Origin: Candidatus Undinarchaeales archaeon
GTDB taxonomy: Archaea > SpSt-1190 > JASMDC01
Length of the DNA: 64,000 nt
Reading direction: 5' to 3'
Assembly (NCBI GenBank): GCA_030753015.1
Contig: JASMDC010000010.1
Coordinates: 1-64,000, forward strand
The notes below the pieces were generated by a model. That model was not told the DNA's origin. It did not search any database and saw only the letters and a program-made list of their open reading frames with translations. A program made the position numbers and the translations under genes. Position 1 is the first letter of the stretch. Each line of letters starts with the position of its first letter. This document shows positions 39,057 through 48,300 of this stretch, piece by piece.

Positions 39057-39785
39057 ATGCACACGGAGCCCATCGTTGTGGAAGGCAGGACCTACGCGGT
39101 CCGCATCCATCTTGAGAGCCGCCGCAACTGCCGTGTGTCCGTGGGGAAGCAGGGGGTGAGCATCCGGATGCCGCGGTGGATGCCCCGGGCAGACAAGGAG
39201 TGGCATCTAGTGGAGCTCCGGGCTTGGGCCGTCGAACGCATCACCAGGGAGCCCGAGCGGTTCGCCCCACGGCGCGGACGAGAGTACCACGACGGCCACG
39301 TGCTGCGTGCGGCCGGTGAGGAGTACGTTGTCCGCCTCAACCTCGAGGAGCGGCGTACGTCCTCAGGCCGGATACGCGGGAACGAGCTACATCTACACCA
39401 CCCCTGGCGTCTCCCGACGGACGAGCTCAGAACGCGAAGCGCCACGGTGGTAAGCCGCCTGCTGGCGGACCGGCACCTACCCCGGGTGAGGGACCTCGTC
39501 GACCGGCTCAATCGGGAGCACTTCCAGGCGAAAGTGAACCAGGTCCGCCTCAAGCACCAGCGCTCCCGATGGGGCTCGTGTTCCTCACGTGGGAACATCA
39601 ACCTCTCCACCCGGCTCCTCATGGCGCCCCCGGACGTGCTGGAGTACGTCATAGTCCATGAGCTCGCCCATCTGAAGGTACGCAAGCACGATCGGAAGTT
39701 CTGGCAGCTCGTGGAGCGGGTGGTGCCCGACTACAAGGAGAAGGTCGCCTGGCTGCGCGAGCACGGACGCGAGTGCGACCTCTAA
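39057..39785 (+). CDS. YgjP/DUF45 (M48/SprT-like) metallohydrolase
   Basis: SRWGSCS, YVIVHELAHL..HDRKFW. Confidence 0.9.
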   Translation: MHTEPIVVEGRTYAVRIHLESRRNCRVSVGKQGVSIRMPRWMPRADKEWHLVELRAWAVERITREPERFAPRRGREYHDGHVLRAAGEEYVVRLNLEERRTSSGRIRGNELHLHHPWRLPTDELRTRSATVVSRLLADRHLPRVRDLVDRLNREHFQAKVNQVRLKHQRSRWGSCSSRGNINLSTRLLMAPPDVLEYVIVHELAHLKVRKHDRKFWQLVERVVPDYKEKVAWLREHGRECDL

Positions 39786-39791
39786 AGGGAC

Positions 39792-41696
39792 TTAGAGCAT
39801 AGCAATGCGGTCGGGGGACGGGCGGTACACCATCCCCTCGACAGACAGTCGCTCCACGGCCTTTGATAGCACGCCCTCGGGGATGCCCTTGCCCTCGGCG
39901 GCCGCGATGAGTTCGTCGAGCCCCACTTCACCACCATTTCGGTGGAGATGGATCATCACCCAATGAACAACACGGTTCATGGCGGGGCCCACCTGCTCGG
40001 GCTCCTCGCGCAAAGCGTCTGCAGGTCCCGATGGTGCGTCCCGTGCGGAGGGCCGTGTACCGCTCTTCAGCCGGAACCGTGCATCCCGCTCCCGCACGGT
40101 CCACCCAGGTGGCTCGGAGATGGGCGACCGCTCGAGCTTGAGGTCCAGTTCACCATACAGCCGGGAGACGATGCCCTTCATCCGGCGCTCCCGTCCCTGG
40201 CTGGCCCAGGCATACGCGACGTCCACCGTCCCTCGGCTGAGTAGGATGTCCACCGCGCCCGAGTGCTTCCGGCCGGTGCGGCCCCTTCGCTGGATGAGCC
40301 TGATCTCCGAGGGGATGGGCTCGTAGAACACCACCCGGTTCACAGCTGGGATGTCCAGTCCTTCCTCCGCGATGGACGTTGCGACCAGCACGTTGTGCTC
40401 GCCGGCAGCGAACTGTTGGATCCGCTCGGCCTGCTCGTTCTGAGATAGACCGGCGGAGCCCTCGCGGCTCGCCTGGCCAACGAAACGGATGGCGCGTGCA
40501 CCGGGCACGTCTGCCAGGGCCTCGACGATGCGATCGACCGTGTCCCTGAACTGGGCGAACACGATGATGCGAGAGGCCGGTTCGTTTGCCAGCTCCTGCT
40601 CCACGAGACCTGCCAGCGCACCGAGCTTGGGATGGGGGATGTGCTCCCACCGCTTGGCCAGGGCCACGAGCTCCTTGAAGCGGGGGTCCTGGCAGAGGCG
40701 CTGTGCCGTCTTGGAGGTCTTGCGCCCCACCTCCCCAAGGAAGCGTACGAGCACCGTGATGTCCTGTGTGGTGAGCACCTCGAGTGCATGCATGAGCGAC
40801 ATGGCCGTGGCCTGGAGCCCAAGCTGCCAGTACACGGGACCCGTCTCCCCCGCGGCCAGCCGCGCTTGGAGCTTGCGTCCCAGCTCCAGGATCTCGCCTT
40901 TGGTGACGCGGCCGTCCTTGCCGCGGGGCGGTCCGAGCACATCCAGCCGGCGAAGACGTACGATCACGTCATCCAGCAGTGAACGGATGAGGTCCGCCAA
41001 GTGCTCGTAGTGGCGAGGGAGGTCGACATGATGGTACCGTTTCTCAATAGACTGGATGTAGGGGGCCACGTCCTCGTCCTCGTCGGAGCGGAACTCTATG
41101 GTCTCGATGGAAAGTGCGTCACACAGGTCCTGGATACGCTCACGGGTGCTGCCGGGGGATGCCGTCAGGCCCAGGACGCGAGGATCGGAGCAGGTCTCTA
41201 TGTAGCGTCGGGCGATCTCGGTGTAGGCATAGCTGGCCCGGGCACGATGTGCCTCGTCGAACACGACCAGTACACAGTTGGAAAGGTCGTACCGACCGGT
41301 CCGTAGGTCATTGCGCACCGTCTGCGGTGTGGCGAAGACCACCCTGGACGCGTCCCACACGATACGACGGACCGCCTGGGGAACCCTGCCGGTGAGCATA
41401 CCAACGGCCTCCACGGGGACGTCACTGTTCAGGAACTGGGTGAAGGAGCGCCGGTGCTGGTCGACCAGGGGCACGGTGGGAGCGAGCACGAGCACTTTAC
41501 CCCATGGGTATTGATCGAGACGCTCCACGGCGACCATGAGGCTGATGACCGTTTTCCCAAGGGCGGTCGGGAGGATGACCAGCGTGTTGCCGTGCTTGCA
41601 GCTGGCCGTGATGCTGCGCTGGTAGAGCCGGTCCTCGATGGTGCCCCGCTTCAGCAGGCGGTGGTCAACGTATGCGGGCACCTCCTCGGCCTCCAT
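39792..41696 (-). CDS. hef: Hef/FANCM-like SF2 helicase with a C-terminal winged helix and no ERCC4 nuclease domain
   Basis: RLYQ, PTALGKT, DEAH, TASPG, FVGQA, EEGLD, QRRGRTGR. Confidence 0.9.
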   Translation of the reverse strand: MEAEEVPAYVDHRLLKRGTIEDRLYQRSITASCKHGNTLVILPTALGKTVISLMVAVERLDQYPWGKVLVLAPTVPLVDQHRRSFTQFLNSDVPVEAVGMLTGRVPQAVRRIVWDASRVVFATPQTVRNDLRTGRYDLSNCVLVVFDEAHRARASYAYTEIARRYIETCSDPRVLGLTASPGSTRERIQDLCDALSIETIEFRSDEDEDVAPYIQSIEKRYHHVDLPRHYEHLADLIRSLLDDVIVRLRRLDVLGPPRGKDGRVTKGEILELGRKLQARLAAGETGPVYWQLGLQATAMSLMHALEVLTTQDITVLVRFLGEVGRKTSKTAQRLCQDPRFKELVALAKRWEHIPHPKLGALAGLVEQELANEPASRIIVFAQFRDTVDRIVEALADVPGARAIRFVGQASREGSAGLSQNEQAERIQQFAAGEHNVLVATSIAEEGLDIPAVNRVVFYEPIPSEIRLIQRRGRTGRKHSGAVDILLSRGTVDVAYAWASQGRERRMKGIVSRLYGELDLKLERSPISEPPGWTVRERDARFRLKSGTRPSARDAPSGPADALREEPEQVGPAMNRVVHWVMIHLHRNGGEVGLDELIAAAEGKGIPEGVLSKAVERLSVEGMVYRPSPDRIAML

Positions 41697-41766
41697 GGTT
41701 GACGGATGGTCATGTATGTATTAAGGTGTTATGGTGGGGCCGTGCCGCTATTCTGAGAAAGTAGTC

Positions 41767-41795
41767 ATAGCGGGGTCGTCCTGCGACCCCGCTAT
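41767..41795. terminator. 12-bp perfect stem-loop downstream of the histone gene
   Basis: ATAGCGGGGTCG-TCCTG-CGACCCCGCTAT. Confidence 0.55.
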
Positions 41796-41821
41796 CGATA
41801 CACCTGGTCCTATCGGGATTA

Positions 41822-42025
41822 TCAGGTCCGGAGGGCCAGCTTGATGTCCTTGGCCATAACGGTCTTGCGGCCGCTGTGCCGGGCGATCTGGTTCGCCTGG
41901 TCGGCGACCTCCATGGCATACTCCTCGAGGATCTCTTGCAGGGCCTGAACGCCGCTAACAGCGACGCGCTTGGCGCCAGCGTTCTTCATAAGGCGCGCAA
42001 CGGCAGCGAAAGGCAGTTCTGACAT
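41822..42025 (-). CDS. archaeal histone (HMf-like)
   Basis: MSELPFAAVARLMKNAGAKRV...ARHSGRKTVMAKDIKLA; 67 aa. Confidence 0.96.
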   Translation of the reverse strand: MSELPFAAVARLMKNAGAKRVAVSGVQALQEILEEYAMEVADQANQIARHSGRKTVMAKDIKLALRT

Positions 42026-42140
42026 AATCTCACCGGCTTTCACAAACAGATTCCAATTTATAAGAATTTCCTTTTTTTCGCAAAAAAAGGCCGAATCGTG
42101 CCTCTTTCTCCAGAATACCCGCACAGAACGTCCCCGGGGC

Positions 42141-45100
42141 TCACTGCTGGGGATAACGTCGCCTCTGTTGCTGACCCGGCTGTTGTTGCTGTTGGCCCAT
42201 GCCAGCTTGTTGTTGCTGCTGACCCGGTTGTTGTTGCTGCTGACCCGGTTGTTGTTGCTGCTGACCCGGTTGTTGTTGCTGTTGGCCCATGCCAGCTTGC
42301 TGCTGTTGTTGGGGATAGCGCTGGCCGTACTGCTGCTGCTGGTAGCCTCGCTGGTAGTAGCCGGTCTGGGGGCGTCCCTGCATCCCTGGTTGCTGCTGCT
42401 GCATCCCCGGTTGTTGCTGCATCCCCGGCTTCGGCGCAGCTCCTGCTTGCCCCCCTCCTCCAGCCTGGGCGAGCTTGGCCTGGAACGCGTTAGCCACTCC
42501 CGCCTCGCGCATGTAAGCCATATAGCCGACCACACCAAGTAAGGATCCGAGGAGTACGAACACGACGGAGAACCTGACGACCTTCTGGAGCGTGGAGAGC
42601 TCTACCGTGGCCGGCTTGATGGTGTTAGCGACGATGAAGTCGTTCTGCCGCGCAATCACCTTGTTGATGGTGGCGAGGGCCGTATCGTACTCGCCTTCGA
42701 AGTACTGCTCTTCGGCCTCGTTGATCATCTTCTGGATCTCGAGACGGCCGTCCTCGTCCTCCACCTTCCCGATCCGGCTCTTGGCCTCAGAGAGCTTGTA
42801 CTCAACCTCCTCGACCATTGTCTCGTTCACATCACCTGATGGCTTCTTCGTGGGCTCCGGTGTGGTACTGGCGCCGGGTGAGGCGGACGGGTCCACGCTC
42901 GTATCAGGGGTGGGACTCGGTCCGGATGTGGGTGTGGTGCTGGGCTTGACCGTGGGCTTCGGTGTCGTCGAGGCCGATGGTGTGACGGTGGCATTGGGCT
43001 TGGTCGTTGGTGTTGCGGTCGCATTGGGGGCGACCGTTGCATTGGGCGAGATTGTGGCATTGGGGGCGACCGTTGCATTGGGCGTGAGAGTAGCGTTGGG
43101 CGTGACGGTGGCGTTTGGAACAGGAGTTGGCGTCGCCGATACATCGGGGGCCTCGATCAGTGCCGTGGTGTTGACGCACCCTTCGTTCTCCAGGGTATCG
43201 CGACAGCACACCTTGATCGTCTGGTTGCCTGGTGGGAGGTTCAGGATCCAGGAAACCGATGCGTTGGGCGACTCGATGGACGCGTTGCCCTCGAGCATGG
43301 ACGAGAGGGGCGTAGAGCTGTTGATGGTCACGGCGCACCGCTCCACGGGGAGGTAGGCGTCGGCGACGGACGTAGCGTTGACAGTGAGATTGCCGGACAC
43401 GGCAAGATCAAACGTCGGCGGATCCTGGTCCCGCACGAACACCGTCGTATTGGTGACCGAGTCGTAATCGCTGGAGCAGTTGACCTTCGCGGTGATATTG
43501 CCCGTGTCGGTGATGCTGAAGGAAAGGTAGGCCGAGCCCTGCTTCTTGCCGCTTTCGAGCATGTCCAGCACGGGACCCTTGGTACCGTTCTCGTACACCA
43601 GTCGGCCGGAGCATGATGCTATGTGCTTGCTTTTGTAATCGGCATAGATCATCGCAGTACGGTCGGTGATCGGCTCGATCGGGCGCACGGTGACGTTGAT
43701 GGTACCATTGAGGCCGAGCGCCTGGAACGTGCTGTTGTCGGTGACGTTCCAGCGGCCGCCCTCGTTGATGACCCATGCCCGTGCCGTGATATAGGTCCCT
43801 GCCGTGAGATTGGCCTGGGCGATGGTGAACGTGATGTCGACGAGCCCGCTCTTCCCCGATAGGTCCTCGGTGACGTTCTTGAACTCACCAGTCGCGTTGT
43901 GTTCGAACACGGCGCTCGTAAGAGCGAGGGCGTCACCCGCCTTAACATCGATATCGACGTCCTGGTCGGCCGTGACACTGTCCGGGATGTCGCTGATAGT
44001 GATGTTGGGCGCTCCCGGGTAGCGGAGCAGGGAGATGGTGGAGTTGTTGTTCCCAAGGACGCCCACCAGGAGGTCGCCGTGGCTGCCAAGTGCGATGGAG
44101 GCGATCCGTTCGCCGGGCCACGTACGCGTCGCCAGCTCGTTGAGGTCCTTGTCGAGCAGCACGACCTTGCCACCTTCACCGGGCTTACCGCCACCTGCCA
44201 CGAGCTCGATCTCATCGGAGGAGATCGCACCGGGGATGAGGTCGCCGAATGTGGCGATGGAGAGCGGAGCGATGTCGGTCACGGGGGTGAGAGGGGTACC
44301 CGTGGCTGCGTACTTTGTGATGTCCGTGACGAGCACGTTCTGGTCCTGGATGCCCAGGATGATCTCCTTGAACCCGTAATCGGTCCCGATGGGGCCGTCA
44401 TTGTCGATGATGTCGGCGGCGACGATCCTGCGGATATCGGTCCAACTGGGATCGGTGACCGATTTGATCTCGTCGAAGGCCTGAAGCCCGCGCTGGAGGA
44501 TCACCAGCTTCGAGGTCACTCCGTTGCTCAGGGCCACGACGACCTCCTTGGTTCCGATGGCCTCCTCGTAGAGATTCTTGACATCGAGGTCCGAGACCGT
44601 GGTGTTCTCGTCCCAGGTCGTGACGGGAATGCTGCCGTCGAAGAGCTCGAGGTCCTTGGTGAGGATCTTGAGGAAAGGCCGCTTCTCATCGGCCGCCACA
44701 GGGAGGTAGAATCCCCCGACCAGGATCTCAAGGGTTGTGCTCGAGATCTCGATGTCGGCGACATGGAGGGCGGTCGCGTAGGTCATGCGTCCGTCATGCG
44801 TCCAGTTCAGCTGCTTGACCATGTTGAGCTCACGGTTGAACACGATCACCTGGGATGTGACGTTCGTCGGATCGGTGGTGTTGTAGTTGAAGTTGGCCGT
44901 CACGACGATCTCCTTGAGGTCGTCGCCGTCGAGGTCCACGACCTCCATATCAGTGAACTGGTAGCCCCGTCCTAACAGGTCCCAGTTCATCAGCGACTTG
45001 ACGGTCGTGGAGGGATCGGCCTCGTTAGCGAAGAAGATGAACGCCTTGTCCTTGGTCCCCGCGGGAGCTAATATGTGCCCGGCCATGACGATGGTGTCCG

Positions 45101-45257
45101 GCTCGCCGGGCCCCAGGGGCGTCTTGGCCACCTTGAGGATCTGGATATCGCCTGAGGACGTGTCGCTGGCGGTCTCGATGAGGGTGTAGGCGGCGAGGGC
45201 CGGTCGTAGGAGTAGAAGTATAAGAACTCCCAGTACCAAGAGGCGTCCCCTCTTCAT
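42141..45257 (-). CDS. large single-pass surface protein: FG-GAP-like beta-propeller, Ig-like domains, PNAT/PT linker, TM, Q-rich tail
   Basis: signal peptide; DLDGDDLKEIVV-type repeats; many N-x-S/T sequons; TM at about 42510-42575. Confidence 0.85.
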   Translation of the reverse strand: MKRGRLLVLGVLILLLLRPALAAYTLIETASDTSSGDIQILKVAKTPLGPGEPDTIVMAGHILAPAGTKDKAFIFFANEADPSTTVKSLMNWDLLGRGYQFTDMEVVDLDGDDLKEIVVTANFNYNTTDPTNVTSQVIVFNRELNMVKQLNWTHDGRMTYATALHVADIEISSTTLEILVGGFYLPVAADEKRPFLKILTKDLELFDGSIPVTTWDENTTVSDLDVKNLYEEAIGTKEVVVALSNGVTSKLVILQRGLQAFDEIKSVTDPSWTDIRRIVAADIIDNDGPIGTDYGFKEIILGIQDQNVLVTDITKYAATGTPLTPVTDIAPLSIATFGDLIPGAISSDEIELVAGGGKPGEGGKVVLLDKDLNELATRTWPGERIASIALGSHGDLLVGVLGNNNSTISLLRYPGAPNITISDIPDSVTADQDVDIDVKAGDALALTSAVFEHNATGEFKNVTEDLSGKSGLVDITFTIAQANLTAGTYITARAWVINEGGRWNVTDNSTFQALGLNGTINVTVRPIEPITDRTAMIYADYKSKHIASCSGRLVYENGTKGPVLDMLESGKKQGSAYLSFSITDTGNITAKVNCSSDYDSVTNTTVFVRDQDPPTFDLAVSGNLTVNATSVADAYLPVERCAVTINSSTPLSSMLEGNASIESPNASVSWILNLPPGNQTIKVCCRDTLENEGCVNTTALIEAPDVSATPTPVPNATVTPNATLTPNATVAPNATISPNATVAPNATATPTTKPNATVTPSASTTPKPTVKPSTTPTSGPSPTPDTSVDPSASPGASTTPEPTKKPSGDVNETMVEEVEYKLSEAKSRIGKVEDEDGRLEIQKMINEAEEQYFEGEYDTALATINKVIARQNDFIVANTIKPATVELSTLQKVVRFSVVFVLLGSLLGVVGYMAYMREAGVANAFQAKLAQAGGGGQAGAAPKPGMQQQPGMQQQQPGMQGRPQTGYYQRGYQQQQYGQRYPQQQQQAGMGQQQQQPGQQQQQPGQQQQQPGQQQQQAGMGQQQQQPGQQQRRRYPQQ
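42165..42430 (-). repeat. coding tandem repeats (QQQQQPG and QQQQQAGMG)
   Basis: 21-bp unit GCTGACCCGGTTGTTGTTGCT repeated on the + strand. Confidence 0.9.
42980..43120 (-). repeat. coding 18-bp repeats, PNATxx (7 copies)
   Basis: PNATVTPNATLTPNATVAPNATISPNATVAPNATATPTTKPNATVT. Confidence 0.9.
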
Positions 45258-45390
45258 GTATACATTACCTCCTGCGTAGTATTTATCCTTTACAGTACGA
45301 CTACTTAAGTCTCAATGATTTATAAAGCAGCATTGGATCGTAGGGTTACGCACGGCACCCCCATCCTACGTACGGCCGCTCTACGGACCT

Positions 45391-48300
45391 CTATCCCGCA
45401 ACGGTGACCTCACCGGCCGCACTTTCTGCCGTTATCGCCGGGTTGTAGTAGGCGTAGGCCTTGCTCACCGGGATCTTGGCCTTCACCGGAAAGAGCGACA
45501 TCATCTTGAAGGAGAGGGCGAGCTCCTTATCTCTGGGCAGGTCGTCGATGTACAGTACGATCTTGCGCCCGGCCGTCTCGAACCGCATGATGGTGCCATC
45601 CTCCAAGAGCGTGTCGAGTGAACCGGGATTGGCAGCGAATCCCGTGGGCACAGCGACGTCCACAAGGAGCATACCTGTGGAGGAACCCGAGCCGCGGTAC
45701 GTCACCGACACGTCCACGTCGATGAGGGCGGAGACGGCCACATCGGCCGTGTCATAAGTGACCTGAAGGTCGAGGTCCGGCGTCGGTGCGGCCTCGAGCA
45801 GGGCGGGCTCATGCCAGATACTGACGACCTGGGTGGACACCTCGCCGGAACCGTCGCCCACGAGCGAGACCGTGGCCGTGCCGCTGGGGACCTCAACGGT
45901 CTGGAGCACGTCGAAGTTGTCCTGATTAACATCCAGAGCGGCCACCTCGGTCCCGTCCGCGAGCACCCTGACGCTGAGATCGACCTCCCGGGCTTGTGAG
46001 CGAGCGGCGAGCATGAGTGTCTTGAAGGCCATCACCGTGTCCTGGGTGGAGCCGTACCCGCCGCGGCTGTTGCGCTGCGAGTGTATCCACTTGACGATGC
46101 CGGCGGCCTCGGGACGCTTGAGCTCCATGAGGAGGATGGCAGCGTACGAAGCGGTCTCCACGGCCACGGTCGCGGGCTGGACGTGCAGGTCCTTGCCCTC
46201 GGTCACGGGCGCACCGAACGACGTCCCCTTCTCCCCCACCTGGGAGAGGTCGAGGACCATGTCGGCTGCCCGCTCGGCATCGGGCGAGGCTAGCCTGTTG
46301 AGGGCGAGCCCGGCGATGGAAAGGGCGTACGCGTCGCTCTTCGCGCTGTCGAGTTCGGCCTCCAGATAGGAGCGCGCTTTGTCGAGCACACCAGAGGGTG
46401 CTCGGCCGTAGTCGGAGAGGGCGAGCACGGTGTAGGCCGTGAGGCCGAAGGTGCCGGAGAGGCCGCCGGAGAGGTCCTTATGACAGAGGAACCCGACAGG
46501 TGCCCATGAGCCATCGGCACCCTGGTGGCTCACGATCCAGTCGGCGGTGCGGTCCATCACGCCCTCGTCGATGGTCATGAGCTCGCGGGCACCGCTGAAG
46601 GTCATAAGGACGAAGGCGGTCAGCCACAGGCTCCCCTCGGGATCTGAGTTACCGAAGGCGGAGAATGAGCCGTCAGTTCGCTGGAAGGTCAGCTCCCGTT
46701 GGTACCCCGTCTGCATGAGGAACTCCGACTTGGCGCGGATCTCGGGAGTGAGCTGGTCGCTTTGCTTGAGGTAGCGGAGCATCTCCGTGTTAGGCGCCAT
46801 CCTGATCATGGTCTGCTCGCCGCATCCGGTGGGGAGGGTTAGGAGGTTCTCGACACCGGTGATCGCCTGGGCGGCCAGGCTAGGCGTTACGTGCACGAGC
46901 ACCTTGTCCGAGTCTGGGACGAGATCGACGGGCATGGACACGTCAACGTCGGTGCGCTGGCCGGCCGAGAGCATCGCGTTCTCCACCGACTCGCGACGGG
47001 TGCCCTCGGGATCCACGATGAGGGTCTTTACGACCGCGTCGGCCTTGTTCGGGCCCCTGGCCGTGATGCGCACCTTCCTGGTGCCGACCTTCGTGGGCCG
47101 GATGACGTACGTGACGGACCGGACGCCACTGGGCTCGACCTCCACCTCGGCGTCCGCGCCGGACACCAGGTCGTACCAGTCGCCGCCCTCCAGCGTCACC
47201 TGGACCTTCTGGGGCACACCCAGGTAGTTGTACACCTGGACCTTGACCGGGAACTCCTCGCCGCGGATGACCGCGTATGGGAGGTCGGGATCCGCAAAGA
47301 ACTCCTGGAACACCTTCAGGCTCCCCTCTGCGATGCCGAGACCTGCTGACGACGAGGATACCGCGTGGAGCCTCCATGTGGTGATGGAGTCTGGTACCGA
47401 GAGCGACATGGTGGCCGTTCCGTCGTCTGCGGTCTCCAAGTCAGGCACCCACATCCACGTCTCCGGGAAGAACTGGCGCACTCGCTCGACCTCGGCGAGC
47501 TCCTGGCCGTCGCTATCGTCGGCTGCCTGCGTCTTCTTTTCCATGGGCGCTGCTGCCATCATCCTCTTTGGAACCGCCATGACCGCTTTTTCGACCATGT
47601 CGAATTCCATCGCCTCCTCGAAGAGACCACCGGGCGCCATGCCCCCGCGCATACCGATATCGGCCTCCTGCGTGCGTGGCACCACGAGGTCGTCCGAGGC
47701 GAGAACTATCAGCCCTGCCTCCTCCAGCGTCTCCCACGCGCCCTGCGGGGGTTTGTACGATGGCCCCCACCGATTGATATCGGGCTTCGGATGTGCCTCG
47801 GCGGACGGCTCCATGAACCGCCGCTCCAGCTCGTCGAACACCTGGCGGAGATTGAGGCGACCCTCGCTGAGGGCGAACACCGATTCGTCCACGATGGCGA
47901 ACCCTATCTCGGACCTGCGCTGGGCGTCGAAGGACACAGTGACCGTGTCCCCCGGTGCCGCCTCATCCTTGTCGAATTCAGCGGTGAGCTCTACCGGGAG
48001 CTTCAGCTCAACATCGAAGGGCAGTGTGTCTGCGGCCACTTCGCTATCGGGATTGATGCGATAGGCCACGATCTTGGCCGACGGTGCCATGGTGGGCGTG
48101 ACGGCGAAGGAGATAGCGTTACCGTCGCTCGCACCCGAGAACACCGTGCGCCCTCCGGCTACGACGTCGTAGAATGTCGTGCCCGGGAAGGTGGCGTGGG
48201 CCTCGGCCTCGAACAGCGTTCCGATCCCGATAACGCCTCTGGTCTTCTGGGCAAGATGGATGAACGAGGAGCTTGGCGAGTAGGCCAGTGTGAGGTCGAG

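Noticed and set aside
39057-39785. YgjP-like gene as a marker of a type I restriction system
   Set aside because: No hsdR/M/S genes nearby
41741-41752. 12-nt match (AATAGCGGCACG, minus strand) to the predicted TnpB guide region, upstream of hef
   Set aside because: The TAM-proximal first bases of the guide mismatch, and a 12-mer match in 128 kb of both strands can arise by chance
41970-42542. Leu-repeat and Asn-repeat ORFs in the ORF track, including a 238-aa extension of the histone
   Set aside because: Alternative-frame shadows of the poly-Q tail; the histone starts at 42025 after its own TATA/RBS
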